This document shows, piece by piece, positions 9,666 to 21,074 of a DNA stretch of 64,000 bases. How positions within the stretch are numbered: the first letter of the stretch is position 1; the number at the start of each line of letters is the position of its first letter. A program made the position numbers and the translations under genes. Location: the NCBI GenBank assembly GCA_026989495.1, contig JALSJE010000054.1:5271-69270 (forward strand), given 5' to 3'. The DNA is from Gammaproteobacteria bacterium (GTDB lineage Bacteria; Pseudomonadota; Gammaproteobacteria; S144-34). The notes beneath the pieces are model-generated. The model searched no databases. It was not told the origin of the DNA and saw only the letters and a program-made list of their open reading frames with translations.

Positions 9666-10436
9666 ATGGATGACGAATTCCTGCTGAGATACAGCCGCCA
9701 GATCCTGCTGCCCGAGGTGGGGACGGAGGGGCAGGCGCGGCTCGCGCAGGCACGGGCGCTGGTGATCGGCGTGGGGGGCCTGGGCTCGCCCGCGGCGCTC
9801 TACCTCGCCGCCGCCGGCGTGGGCGAGATCACGCTTTGCGACCACGACCACGTGGAGCTCTCCAACCTCCAGCGCCAGATCGCCCACCGCCACGCCGACC
9901 TCGGCCGCCCCAAGGTCGAGTCGGGGCGGGAGGCACTGCTGGCGCTCGATCCGCAGCTGCACGTGCGCGTCATCGCGGGCCGGCTCGTGGGGGCGGCGCT
10001 GGAGGAGGAGTGCGCGCGCGCCGACGTGGTGCTGGACGCGAGCGACAACTTTCCCACCCGCGAGGCGGTGAACGCCGCCTGCGTGGCCACGGGCACGCCC
10101 CTGGTCTCCGGGGCGGCCATCCGTTTCGAGGGGCAGGTGGCGGTCTTCGACCCGGCCCGGGGCGGACCCTGCTACCGCTGCCTCTACCGCGAGGGCGCGG
10201 ACACCGAGCAGACCTGCAGCGAGACCGGCGTCATCGCCCCCCTGGTGGGCATCGTCGGCAGCGTGCAGGCCCTGGAGGCGGTGAAGGTGCTGCTGGGCAT
10301 CGGCGAGAGCCTGGCCGGGAGGCTCCTGCTGCTCGATGGGCTGCACATGCAGTGGCGCGAGCTCAGGCTGCCGCGCGACCCGGGCTGCCCCGTGTGCGGG
10401 GAGACGCGCGATGAGCTGGACAACGCCGGCGGCTGA
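9666..10436 (+). CDS. moeB: molybdopterin-synthase adenylyltransferase / ThiF-family E1-like enzyme
   Basis: ORF 9555..10436(+) trimmed to the ATG at 9666 (MDDEFLLRYSRQILLPEVGTEGQARL...VIGVGGLGSPAALYLAAAGVG). Two CxxC pairs are present (CYRC, CPVC). There is no rhodanese domain. The SD before 9666 is weak. Confidence 0.9.
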   Translation: MDDEFLLRYSRQILLPEVGTEGQARLAQARALVIGVGGLGSPAALYLAAAGVGEITLCDHDHVELSNLQRQIAHRHADLGRPKVESGREALLALDPQLHVRVIAGRLVGAALEEECARADVVLDASDNFPTREAVNAACVATGTPLVSGAAIRFEGQVAVFDPARGGPCYRCLYREGADTEQTCSETGVIAPLVGIVGSVQALEAVKVLLGIGESLAGRLLLLDGLHMQWRELRLPRDPGCPVCGETRDELDNAGG

Positions 10437-10857
10437 GGCCGCGCACGCGGCGGTGCGGCTGCCGCGCGCCATCGCCACGCGCATCCTGGCCGAGGCCCAG
10501 CGCGGCAGGGGCGCCGAGGTGTGCGGCCTGGTGGGCGCGCGCGACGGCGTGCCGGTCTCGCTCTATCCCGTCCCCAACGCGGCCGCCGACCCCGCGCGCC
10601 GCTTCCGCATGGACCCGCGCGGGCAGATCGAGGCCATGCGGCGCATGCGCGAGTCGGGTGAGACCCTGTGGGCCATCTACCACTCCCATCCGCACGGCCC
10701 TGCCCGCCCCTCCCTGCGTGACCTCGCCGAGGCCGCCTATCCCGAGGCCGTGCACCTGATCGTCTCCCTCGGCACGGCGGGCGTGCTGGAGCTCGGCGCC
10801 TGGCGCATCGAGGGCGGTGCCGCCCACGAGCTTCCCATCGAGATCGTGGAGGCATGA
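10411..10857 (+). CDS. JAB/MPN (JAMM) metalloprotease domain protein
   Basis: ORF 10336..10857(+) with the ATG at 10411 preceded by GGGGAG. Carries an exact JAMM motif, HSHPHGPARPSLRD (HxHx7Sx2D), plus an upstream EVCG Glu. Overlaps the moeB 3' end by 26 nt. Confidence 0.88.
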   Translation: MSWTTPAAEAAHAAVRLPRAIATRILAEAQRGRGAEVCGLVGARDGVPVSLYPVPNAAADPARRFRMDPRGQIEAMRRMRESGETLWAIYHSHPHGPARPSLRDLAEAAYPEAVHLIVSLGTAGVLELGAWRIEGGAAHELPIEIVEA

Positions 10858-11106
10858 GGCGCCGGGGGCGTCATCGGCCGCTCCGCCGGCACTCACCGGC
10901 AGCGCCGGCGAGCCGCGATCCCTGCACCGCAGGAGCGGTCTCCAGCCGATCCAGACCTGCGGGGCCTGCTGGAAGCCGGCCCCACGAAGGCCTGGATCGG
11001 CGGAGGAAGCCGTCCTACGGAAGATCCTTCTCTCCCTTCACGGGGCTACCTCCCGCCCGGCTGCGGGATCACCCAGCAATGCGGGCGCCCCAGCCTGGCG
11101 GATGGT

Positions 11107-12018
11107 TCAGTGGCGGGTGGTGGGCACCGCCGGCTGGCCGGCGGCGGCGAAGACGCGTTCGACGTCCACGGCGTCGAGCTCGTAGCGCTGGCCGCAGAAC
11201 TCGCAGTCCACGACGATGCGGCCTTCCTCGGCCAGGATGGCGCGGGCCTCGTCTGGCCCGAGGCGGCGGAGCATCTCCTCGATGCGCGCGCGCGAGCAGC
11301 CGCAGCGGAAGGCCACCGGCTCGCGCCCGTAGAGGCGCACGTCCTCCTGATGGTAGAGCCGGTGCAGGAGCGTCTCCGCCGGGAGCCCGAGGAGCTCGAC
11401 GGGGGTGAGGGTGGCGGCCAGATGCACGGCCCGCTCCCAGGTGTCGGGGTCGTCTCCGCCGCCCGGCATGCGCTGCAGCAGCAGACCCGCCGCGCTGCGC
11501 TCGTCCGTGGCGAGCCACAGGCGCGTTGGCAGCTGCTCGGAGCGGGCGAAGTAGCCCTCGATGCACTCGGCGAGCGTGCGCCCGGCGAGCGGCACGATCC
11601 CCTGGTAGCGCTCCCGGCCCGTCTCGCCGGGGTCGAGCGTCACGACCAGACGCCCGTCGCCGAGCAGCGCCCCGGGGGCGGCGTCCTCGGGCACCGGGTC
11701 GCGCCAATGGGCGAGCCCCCTCAGGGTGCGCCGTCCCGTCGCCTGCACCACCAGCAGCGGCACCGGCCCCTCCCCTTGCGCCTGGAGGGTGATGGCCCCC
11801 TCTGCCATCTTCACCGTGGCGGAAAGCAGCACGGCGGCGGCCGCCGCCTCGCCCAGCAGACGCCGCACCGGCGGAGGGTAGGGGCGGCGGCTGGCGATGG
11901 CCTGCCAGCTCGCGTCCAGGTGGACCAGCTCGCCGCGCACGTCCGAGCGCTCGATGACGAAGCGCCGCAGGGAGTCACCCTCGGCACGACACGCATCGCC
12001 TGGCCGCCCGGCTGCCAT
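11107..12018 (-). CDS. hslO: Hsp33 family redox-regulated chaperone
   Basis: ORF 11107..12033(-). The C-terminal zinc centre is FRCGCS ... CEFCGQRY (CxC...CxxC), typical of Hsp33. Start is either 12018 or 12033. Confidence 0.9.
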   Translation of the reverse strand: MAAGRPGDACRAEGDSLRRFVIERSDVRGELVHLDASWQAIASRRPYPPPVRRLLGEAAAAAVLLSATVKMAEGAITLQAQGEGPVPLLVVQATGRRTLRGLAHWRDPVPEDAAPGALLGDGRLVVTLDPGETGRERYQGIVPLAGRTLAECIEGYFARSEQLPTRLWLATDERSAAGLLLQRMPGGGDDPDTWERAVHLAATLTPVELLGLPAETLLHRLYHQEDVRLYGREPVAFRCGCSRARIEEMLRRLGPDEARAILAEEGRIVVDCEFCGQRYELDAVDVERVFAAAGQPAVPTTRH

Positions 12019-12062
12019 GCACCCTCCCGGCACGGCGAGGGAGACCGCCGCCGGCCGTCGGC

Positions 12063-13262
12063 TCAGAACTCCTCTTCCTCCTCGGCGGCCATACCGCCAC
12101 CACCCCCACCGCCAAAACCGCCGCCGGGCGGGGAGAAGGCCGCGGCGAACTGGAGCGGCTCCGGCGAGCGGCTGGAGACCACCTTGTCGCCGCGCTTGAT
12201 CCTGCTCGCACTCACGCCCACGGGGGTCGCGATGGAGAACTTGTCCTTGACGGCGACCACGCGGAGCTTGCCGATCTCCTGGTCGTCGCCGCCGAGCGGG
12301 ATGCCGGTCTCGGGGTCGATCAGCTCCTCGCCCTTGGAGTAGAGCGTGAGCGTGTCGCCCACGCGCACCGCGTCCTTGCCGAGGTTGATGTAGACCTTGC
12401 CCGCCTTGACCGTGACGACCGAGCCCGAGGGCGGGGCGCTGCCGACCTGCTTGACCAGCTCGTAGACGCCCTTGTTGACCGCGGCGATCACGGCCTGGCC
12501 GATGGGCGTGCGCGAGTAGGTGGAGAGAAACCCGCCCAGCGCCCCCGCGCCGCCGAAGCCGAGGCCGCCGAAGCTGAGCCCGGACTTGGAGATGACGGCC
12601 GAGACCTGCTTGGTGAAGACGACCTCGCTGGTGGTGGCGTCGATGAGGCGGAAATTCATCCCCACCATGGACCGGCTCGATTCCACCTTGAGCCCGCCGA
12701 GCAGCACGCCCGCGGCACCGCCGACCAGGCCGCCCAGCCCGCCCGACTTGCCCTCATAGTTGGGCTCGTAATGCGTGACCACCGCCTCGATGATGTATTG
12801 CGCGCCGAGCACCCGGCCGATCTTGGCCGCCGACGGCTTGGCCACCCGGCCCGAGGCGCCGAAATCCTGCTCCTCGAGCAGGTTCTTGACCTTGACGCGC
12901 TCGACCAGGCGGAAGCGGCCGCTGCGGTGCAGGGCGTCGGTGAGGATGGCCTCGATGCCGTCCACCGGGACCCCGCCCGAGGTCACGGACTCGTAACGGT
13001 AGCCTGGGCCGGAGACCACCACCGTCTGCGAGGCGGTGCGGTTCTGCACCTTCATCACCGCCACGCGGGCCTTTTTGCCGCTGTAGCGGCCCCACTCCAC
13101 CTGCACCAGATGCTTGGCCTCGATGTCGTCGATGCGCTCGGGCAGCGGCACCCTCTGGCCCTTGATGACCGCGTAGGCCACGTAGTCGGCGGCCGCCGGC
13201 AGCTGGTATCCCGCCAGCGCCAGCAGCCCGATTCCTGCCAGGGTCGTCCGTAGCATCCGCAT
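12063..13262 (-). CDS. CsgG/HfaB-family periplasmic/outer-membrane protein with extra C-terminal domain and Gly-rich acidic tail
   Basis: ORF 12063..13316(-) trimmed to the ATG at 13262, which has a strong SD (GGGGAGGAAG). Signal peptide is MRMLRTTLAGIGLLALAGYQLPAAA, with no lipobox Cys. The core (ILTDALHRSGRFRLVERVKVKNLLEEQDFGASGRV...AQYIIEAVVTHYE) resembles CsgG. The tail is GGGFGGGGGGGMAAEEEEEF. Confidence 0.7.
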   Translation of the reverse strand: MRMLRTTLAGIGLLALAGYQLPAAADYVAYAVIKGQRVPLPERIDDIEAKHLVQVEWGRYSGKKARVAVMKVQNRTASQTVVVSGPGYRYESVTSGGVPVDGIEAILTDALHRSGRFRLVERVKVKNLLEEQDFGASGRVAKPSAAKIGRVLGAQYIIEAVVTHYEPNYEGKSGGLGGLVGGAAGVLLGGLKVESSRSMVGMNFRLIDATTSEVVFTKQVSAVISKSGLSFGGLGFGGAGALGGFLSTYSRTPIGQAVIAAVNKGVYELVKQVGSAPPSGSVVTVKAGKVYINLGKDAVRVGDTLTLYSKGEELIDPETGIPLGGDDQEIGKLRVVAVKDKFSIATPVGVSASRIKRGDKVVSSRSPEPLQFAAAFSPPGGGFGGGGGGGMAAEEEEEF

Positions 13263-13312
13263 GGGTCTTCCTCCCCGTTGATCTTGCTCCATCACCGGAT
13301 ATCTTGCGGCGC

Positions 13313-14755
13313 TCAACCCTCGGCGTCGAGCCTGCGCCGCAGCAGCTCGTTGACCTGCCTGGGGTTCGCCTTGCCCTTCGAGGCCTTCATCACCTGCCCG
13401 ACGAAGAAGCCGAACAGCTTCTCCTTGCCGGCGCGGTACTGGGCGAGCTGCTCGGGGTGCGCGGCCAGCACCTCATCGATCAGGCGCTCGATCGCCCCGG
13501 CATCCGAGATCTGCCTGAGCCCGCGGGCCTCGATGACGGCGTCCGCGTCCCCTTCGCCCGCCCACATGGCCTCGAAGACCTCCTTGGCGGCGCGGCCCGA
13601 GACGGTCCCGTCGAGGATGCGCCGCAGCAGCCCCGCCAGCGCCTCGGGGCCGACGGGGCTCGCCGTGATCTCGATCCCGTCCCGGTTGAGCGCGCCGGCG
13701 AGCTCGCCCATCACCCAGTTCGCGCAGAGCTTCGCCTCACCGCCCACCGCGGCCACGACGGCCTCATAGTAGTCGGCCACCTCGCGCGCGGCCGTGATCA
13801 CCGTCGCATCGTAGGCAGGCAGCCCGTGCTCGGCCATGAAGCGCGCGCGACGGGCGTCCGGCAGCTCCGGAAGCTCGGCGCGCACCTGCTCGATCCAGGC
13901 CTCGTCCAGCACCAGCGGCAGCAGGTCCGGATCCGGGAAGTAGCGGTAGTCGTTGGCCTCCTCCTTGGTCCGCATGGGCCGGGTCTCGTTGCGGTCCGGA
14001 TCGTAGAGGCGCGTCTCCTGCACCACGGACCCGCCGGACTCGAGGACCTCGATCTGGCGCTCGATCTCGTAGGCCAGGGCCCGCTCCAGGAAGCGGAAGG
14101 AGTTCAGGTTCTTGATCTCGGTGCGGGTGCCGAAGGCGCTCTCGCCGCGCGGGCGCACCGAGACGTTGGCGTCGATGCGGAAGGAGCCCTCCTGCATGTT
14201 GCCGTCGCAGATCTCGAGGTAGCGCACCAGGGTGTGGATCTTCCTGGCGTAGGCCACAGCCTCCCTGGGCGAGCGCAGGTCCGGCTCCGAGACGATCTCC
14301 AGCAGGGGGGTGCCCGCGCGGTTGAGGTCGATGCCGGTCATGCCGTGGAAGTCCTCGTGCAGGGACTTGCCGGCGTCCTCCTCGAGATGGGCGCGCGTGA
14401 CGCCGATCTCCTTCTCGGCTCCGTCGTCGAGCTGGATGGTGACGCGCCCGGCGCGCACGATGGGCAGCTCGTACTGGCTGATCTGATAGCCCTTGGGCAG
14501 GTCCGGATAGAAGTAGTTCTTGCGCGCGAAGACCGAACGGCGCGCCACCTCGGCGCCGATGGCGAGCCCGAACTTGACCGCCATGCGCACCGCCGCCTCG
14601 TTCAGCACGGGCAGCACGCCCGGCAGCCCCAGGTCGATGGCGCAGGCCTGGGTGTTGGGCTCGGCGCCGTAGGCGGTGGAAGCGCCCGAGAAGATCTTGC
14701 TGCGTGTGGCGAGCTGCGCGTGGATCTCGAGCCCGATGACCGCTTCCCACTCCAT
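13313..14755 (-). CDS. gatB: Asp-tRNA(Asn)/Glu-tRNA(Gln) amidotransferase subunit B
   Basis: ORF 13313..14767(-) with the ATG at 14755 ([24 protein letters not shown]...[15 protein letters not shown]). Confidence 0.96.
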   Translation of the reverse strand: MEWEAVIGLEIHAQLATRSKIFSGASTAYGAEPNTQACAIDLGLPGVLPVLNEAAVRMAVKFGLAIGAEVARRSVFARKNYFYPDLPKGYQISQYELPIVRAGRVTIQLDDGAEKEIGVTRAHLEEDAGKSLHEDFHGMTGIDLNRAGTPLLEIVSEPDLRSPREAVAYARKIHTLVRYLEICDGNMQEGSFRIDANVSVRPRGESAFGTRTEIKNLNSFRFLERALAYEIERQIEVLESGGSVVQETRLYDPDRNETRPMRTKEEANDYRYFPDPDLLPLVLDEAWIEQVRAELPELPDARRARFMAEHGLPAYDATVITAAREVADYYEAVVAAVGGEAKLCANWVMGELAGALNRDGIEITASPVGPEALAGLLRRILDGTVSGRAAKEVFEAMWAGEGDADAVIEARGLRQISDAGAIERLIDEVLAAHPEQLAQYRAGKEKLFGFFVGQVMKASKGKANPRQVNELLRRRLDAEG

Positions 14756-14763
14756 GAGGCGCC

Positions 14764-16218
<1,455 letters not shown>

Positions 16219-16276
16219 CGGGCCTTACCGGGGGGACTGCCGGGACGGCACATGCCGGACGGAAGCGCGCCGCCGC

Positions 16277-17754
<1,478 letters not shown>

Positions 17755-17801
17755 GCGGGCCGCCCCGGCGGGCCCGCGGCCACAGCCACAGGGGCACGGC
17801 C

Positions 17802-18698
17802 ATCAAGCCGCTCTTCACACAGGGACCTTCCCTCTCGGTCCGGCTCCTGCTCTTCGGGGCCGCGTCGGTGGCGCTCATGGTGCTGGACCACCGTCAGCAG
17901 CGCCTCGACGACCTGCGCGCCGCGCTCTCGGTGGTGGTCTACCCGGTGCAGGTGGCGGTGGACCTGCCGGTGGCGGCCGCCCGCTGGGCGTCCGAGAGCC
18001 TCGCCACCCGCCGGCGCCTGCAGGAGGAGAACCTGCGGCTTCGCGCCCGCAACCTCCTGCTCGAGGCCCAGAACCAGAAGCTCGCAGCCCTCGAGGCCGA
18101 GAACGCGCGCCTGCGCGAGCTCCTGCACGCCTCGCGGCGGGTGGGCGAGCGCGTGCTCATCGCCGAGCTCCTGGCGGTGGACCTCGACCCCTACCGCCAC
18201 CGCGTGGTGCTCGACAAGGGCGGCCGCGACGGCGTCCGGCCCGGCCAGCCGCTGGTGGACGCGTACGGCGTCATGGGGCAGGTGGTGCAGGTGGGGCCCT
18301 TCTCCTCGATCGCCATGCTCATCAGCGATCCGGGCCATGCCATCCCGGTGCAGGTCAACCGGACCGGGCTGCGTGCCATCGCCTATGGCACGGGCGAGTC
18401 CGGGCGGCTGCTGCTGCCCCACCTGCCGCGCACGGCCGACCTGCGCGAGGGCGACCTGCTGGTGACCTCCGGCCTGGGCGGGCGCTTCCCGCCGGGCTAC
18501 CCCGTGGGTTCCATCACGCGCATCGAGCGTGACCCGGGGGGCGCCTTCACCCGCGCTGAGGCACGGCCCGCGGCGCACCTCGCGCGCGCGCGCGAGGTGC
18601 TCCTGGTCTGGACTGGCGACCCCCTGGAGGGCCACGGCACATCAGGAGGCGGTACCCGGGACGCGGACAGGGGACAGAATGGGGGGGTGCGGCGATGA
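17802..18698 (+). CDS. mreC: rod shape-determining protein MreC (start codon uncertain, possibly ATC)
   Basis: Frame of ORF 17046..18698(+). IKPLFTQGPSLSVRLLLFGAASVAL matches the MreC N-terminus (E. coli MKPIFSRGPSLQIRL). A coiled coil (LRLRARNLLLEAQNQKLAALEAENARLRELL) and a beta domain follow. There is no ATG, GTG or TTG at the homologous position. Confidence 0.85.
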   Translation: MKPLFTQGPSLSVRLLLFGAASVALMVLDHRQQRLDDLRAALSVVVYPVQVAVDLPVAAARWASESLATRRRLQEENLRLRARNLLLEAQNQKLAALEAENARLRELLHASRRVGERVLIAELLAVDLDPYRHRVVLDKGGRDGVRPGQPLVDAYGVMGQVVQVGPFSSIAMLISDPGHAIPVQVNRTGLRAIAYGTGESGRLLLPHLPRTADLREGDLLVTSGLGGRFPPGYPVGSITRIERDPGGAFTRAEARPAAHLARAREVLLVWTGDPLEGHGTSGGGTRDADRGQNGGVRR

Positions 18699-19183
18699 CG
18701 CTCGCGCCGCGCCGGGCCGGCTGGGTGATCGTGGCGAGCTTCGCGGTGGCGCTAGGGCTCAGCATCGTGCCGCTGCCGGCCTGGGCGGGGCCGTTCCGCC
18801 CCGAGTGGGCGGCGCTGGTCCTGATCTACTGGTGCCTGGCGCTGCCGCACCGGGTGGCGGTGGGCGCCGGCTGGCTGGTGGGGCTGCTGCTGGACGTGCT
18901 CGAGGGGGGCATGCTTGGGCAGCATGCGCTGGGGCTCACGCTGGTGGCCTACCTCGCGGTGCGCCTGCACCAGCGCATCCGGGTCTTTCCCCTGTGGCAG
19001 CAGGCGCTCACCGTGCTCATGCTGCTCGCCCTGCACCAGCTCGTGGTGGCCTGGACCGACGGTATCGCAGGCCTGCCCGGCGGCGACTGGCGCCAGTTCG
19101 GCGCCGCCCTCACCGGCATGCTGCTGTGGCCCTGGGTGTTCGCCCTGCTGCGCGGCCTGCGCCGGCGCTTCGGGGTGAGCTGA
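18695..19183 (+). CDS. mreD: rod shape-determining protein MreD
   Basis: ORF 18695..19183(+), 162 aa and polytopic. ATGA overlap with the mreC stop. mreBCD order. Confidence 0.88.
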   Translation: MTLAPRRAGWVIVASFAVALGLSIVPLPAWAGPFRPEWAALVLIYWCLALPHRVAVGAGWLVGLLLDVLEGGMLGQHALGLTLVAYLAVRLHQRIRVFPLWQQALTVLMLLALHQLVVAWTDGIAGLPGGDWRQFGAALTGMLLWPWVFALLRGLRRRFGVS

Positions 19184-19196
19184 GGGGAGAGCAGCC

Positions 19197-21074
19197 GTGG
19201 CCCGGCGGGTGCACATCAAGGACCACCACGCCGAGGCGCGGCTGTTCGCGCGTCGCGCCGGCCTGGCCGCGCTCGCAGCCACGCTCGCCCTCGGGGCCGT
19301 GGCCGCGCGCCTGGTCCAGCTCCAGGTCCTGGATCACGAGCGCTACAGCACGCTCTCACGCGAGAACCGGGTGCGGCTGGTGCCGCTGCCCCCGCCGCGC
19401 GGGCTCATCTTCGACCGCAACGGGGTGCCGGTGGCCGAGAACCGGCCCGCATATCGGCTGGAGCTGGTGCCCGAGGAGATCACGGATCTGGAGGGGACGC
19501 TCGCGCGGCTCGCCCGCATCGTCGACCTGCGCCCGCTCGACATCGAGCGCTTCCGAGCGCTCGCCGCACGCAAGCCGCCCTTCGAGGCCATCCCGCTGCG
19601 GCTGCGCCTGAGCGAGGCCGAGGCGGCCCGTTTCGCCGTCCACCGCCACGAGTTCCCGGGCGTGGACATCACCGTGCGGCCGGCGCGCCGCTACCCGGCC
19701 GGGCCGCTGCTGGCGCACGTGCTGGGCTACGTGGCGCGCATCGACGCCGACGACCTGGAGGCCCTGGACCCGGTGCAGTACCGTGGCACCAGCCACGTGG
19801 GCAAGCTCGGAATCGAGCGCGCCTACGAGCCGGCCCTGCACGGGCAGGTCGGGATGCAGCAGGTGGAGGTCAACGCGCAGGGCAGGGCCCTGCGCGTGCT
19901 CGAACGCACCCCGCCGCGGCCGGGGCGCAGCCTCTGGCTCAGCATCGACCTGCGCCTGCAGCGGGTGGCCCAGGACGCGCTGGGCGAGGCCAACGGCGCG
20001 GTGGTGGCCATCGACCCACGCACGGGCGAGGTGCTGGCGCTCGTGAGCGCGCCGGCCTACGACCCCAACCTCTTCGTCGACGGCATCGACCCCGACACCT
20101 ACCGTGCCCTGGCCCACGATCCCGACCGGCCGCTGTTCAACCGCGCCCTGCGGGGACGCTACCCGCCGGGCTCCACGATCAAGCCCTTCATGGCGCTCGC
20201 CGGCCTCGAATATGAGCTCATCGGACCCCACACCACCCGCTACTGCCCGGGGTGGTTCATGTTGCCCATCGGCGAGCGCCGCTACCGCGACTGGAAGCGC
20301 GACGGCCACGGCGTCACCGACCTGCGCAAGGCCATCGCCGAGTCCTGCGACGTCTACTTCTACGACCTGGCGGTGCGCCTCGGCATCGACCGCATCCACG
20401 GCTTCCTCGCGCGTTTCGGCTTCGGCGCGGGCACCGGGCTGGACGTGGCCGAGGAGGCGGCTGGGCTGCTGCCCTCGCGCGCGTGGAAGCGCCGCGCGCG
20501 CGGCCAGCCCTGGTTCCCGGGCGAGACCGTGATCACGGGCATCGGGCAGGGCTACCTGCTCGTCACGCCCATGGAGCTCGCTGCGGCCACCGCCACCCTC
20601 GCCACACGCGGGCGCCGCCAGCGCCCGCACCTGGTGCGCGCCATGGCCGAGCCGGGCGCGCCGCCCCATCCCCTGGCCTTCGCCCCGGTCGAGCCGGTGC
20701 GGCTCGCGCGCCCCGACCGCTGGGAGGCCGTGGTGCACGCCATGGAGGCGGTGGTGCACGGCCGCCACGGCACCGCGCGCGGCATCGCCGATGCCCCCTA
20801 CCGCATCGCCGGCAAGACCGGCACGGCCCAGGTCTTCGGGCTGGCCGAGGACCAGGAGTATGACCCGCAGACCCTGGCCGAGCGCCTGCGCGACCACGCC
20901 CTCTTCATCGCCTTCGCCCCCGCCGACGCGCCCCGCATCGCTGTCGCGGTGATCGTCGAGAACGGGGGCAGCGGCGGCGCGGTGGCCGCCCCCGTGGCGC
21001 GCAAGGTGATGGACGCCTGGCTGCTCAGGGACCGTGCCGCCCAGGAGGAGGCCGGCCGGGGAGGCGGGGCATGA
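19197..21074 (+). CDS. mrdA: penicillin-binding protein 2 (elongasome transpeptidase)
   Basis: ORF 19197..21074(+), GTG start. Contains the STIKP (SxxK) motif and KTGTAQ (KTG). Confidence 0.95.
   Translation: MARRVHIKDHHAEARLFARRAGLAALAATLALGAVAARLVQLQVLDHERYSTLSRENRVRLVPLPPPRGLIFDRNGVPVAENRPAYRLELVPEEITDLEGTLARLARIVDLRPLDIERFRALAARKPPFEAIPLRLRLSEAEAARFAVHRHEFPGVDITVRPARRYPAGPLLAHVLGYVARIDADDLEALDPVQYRGTSHVGKLGIERAYEPALHGQVGMQQVEVNAQGRALRVLERTPPRPGRSLWLSIDLRLQRVAQDALGEANGAVVAIDPRTGEVLALVSAPAYDPNLFVDGIDPDTYRALAHDPDRPLFNRALRGRYPPGSTIKPFMALAGLEYELIGPHTTRYCPGWFMLPIGERRYRDWKRDGHGVTDLRKAIAESCDVYFYDLAVRLGIDRIHGFLARFGFGAGTGLDVAEEAAGLLPSRAWKRRARGQPWFPGETVITGIGQGYLLVTPMELAAATATLATRGRRQRPHLVRAMAEPGAPPHPLAFAPVEPVRLARPDRWEAVVHAMEAVVHGRHGTARGIADAPYRIAGKTGTAQVFGLAEDQEYDPQTLAERLRDHALFIAFAPADAPRIAVAVIVENGGSGGAVAAPVARKVMDAWLLRDRAAQEEAGRGGGA

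Noticed and set aside
10858-11106. A search for a small ThiS/MoaD/CysO-like ORF (ending in GG) downstream of the JAMM gene.
   Set aside because: All six frames give only Arg/Pro/Ala-rich junk ORFs (for example 10854..11408 and 10817..11185). None has an SD or a Gly-Gly terminus.
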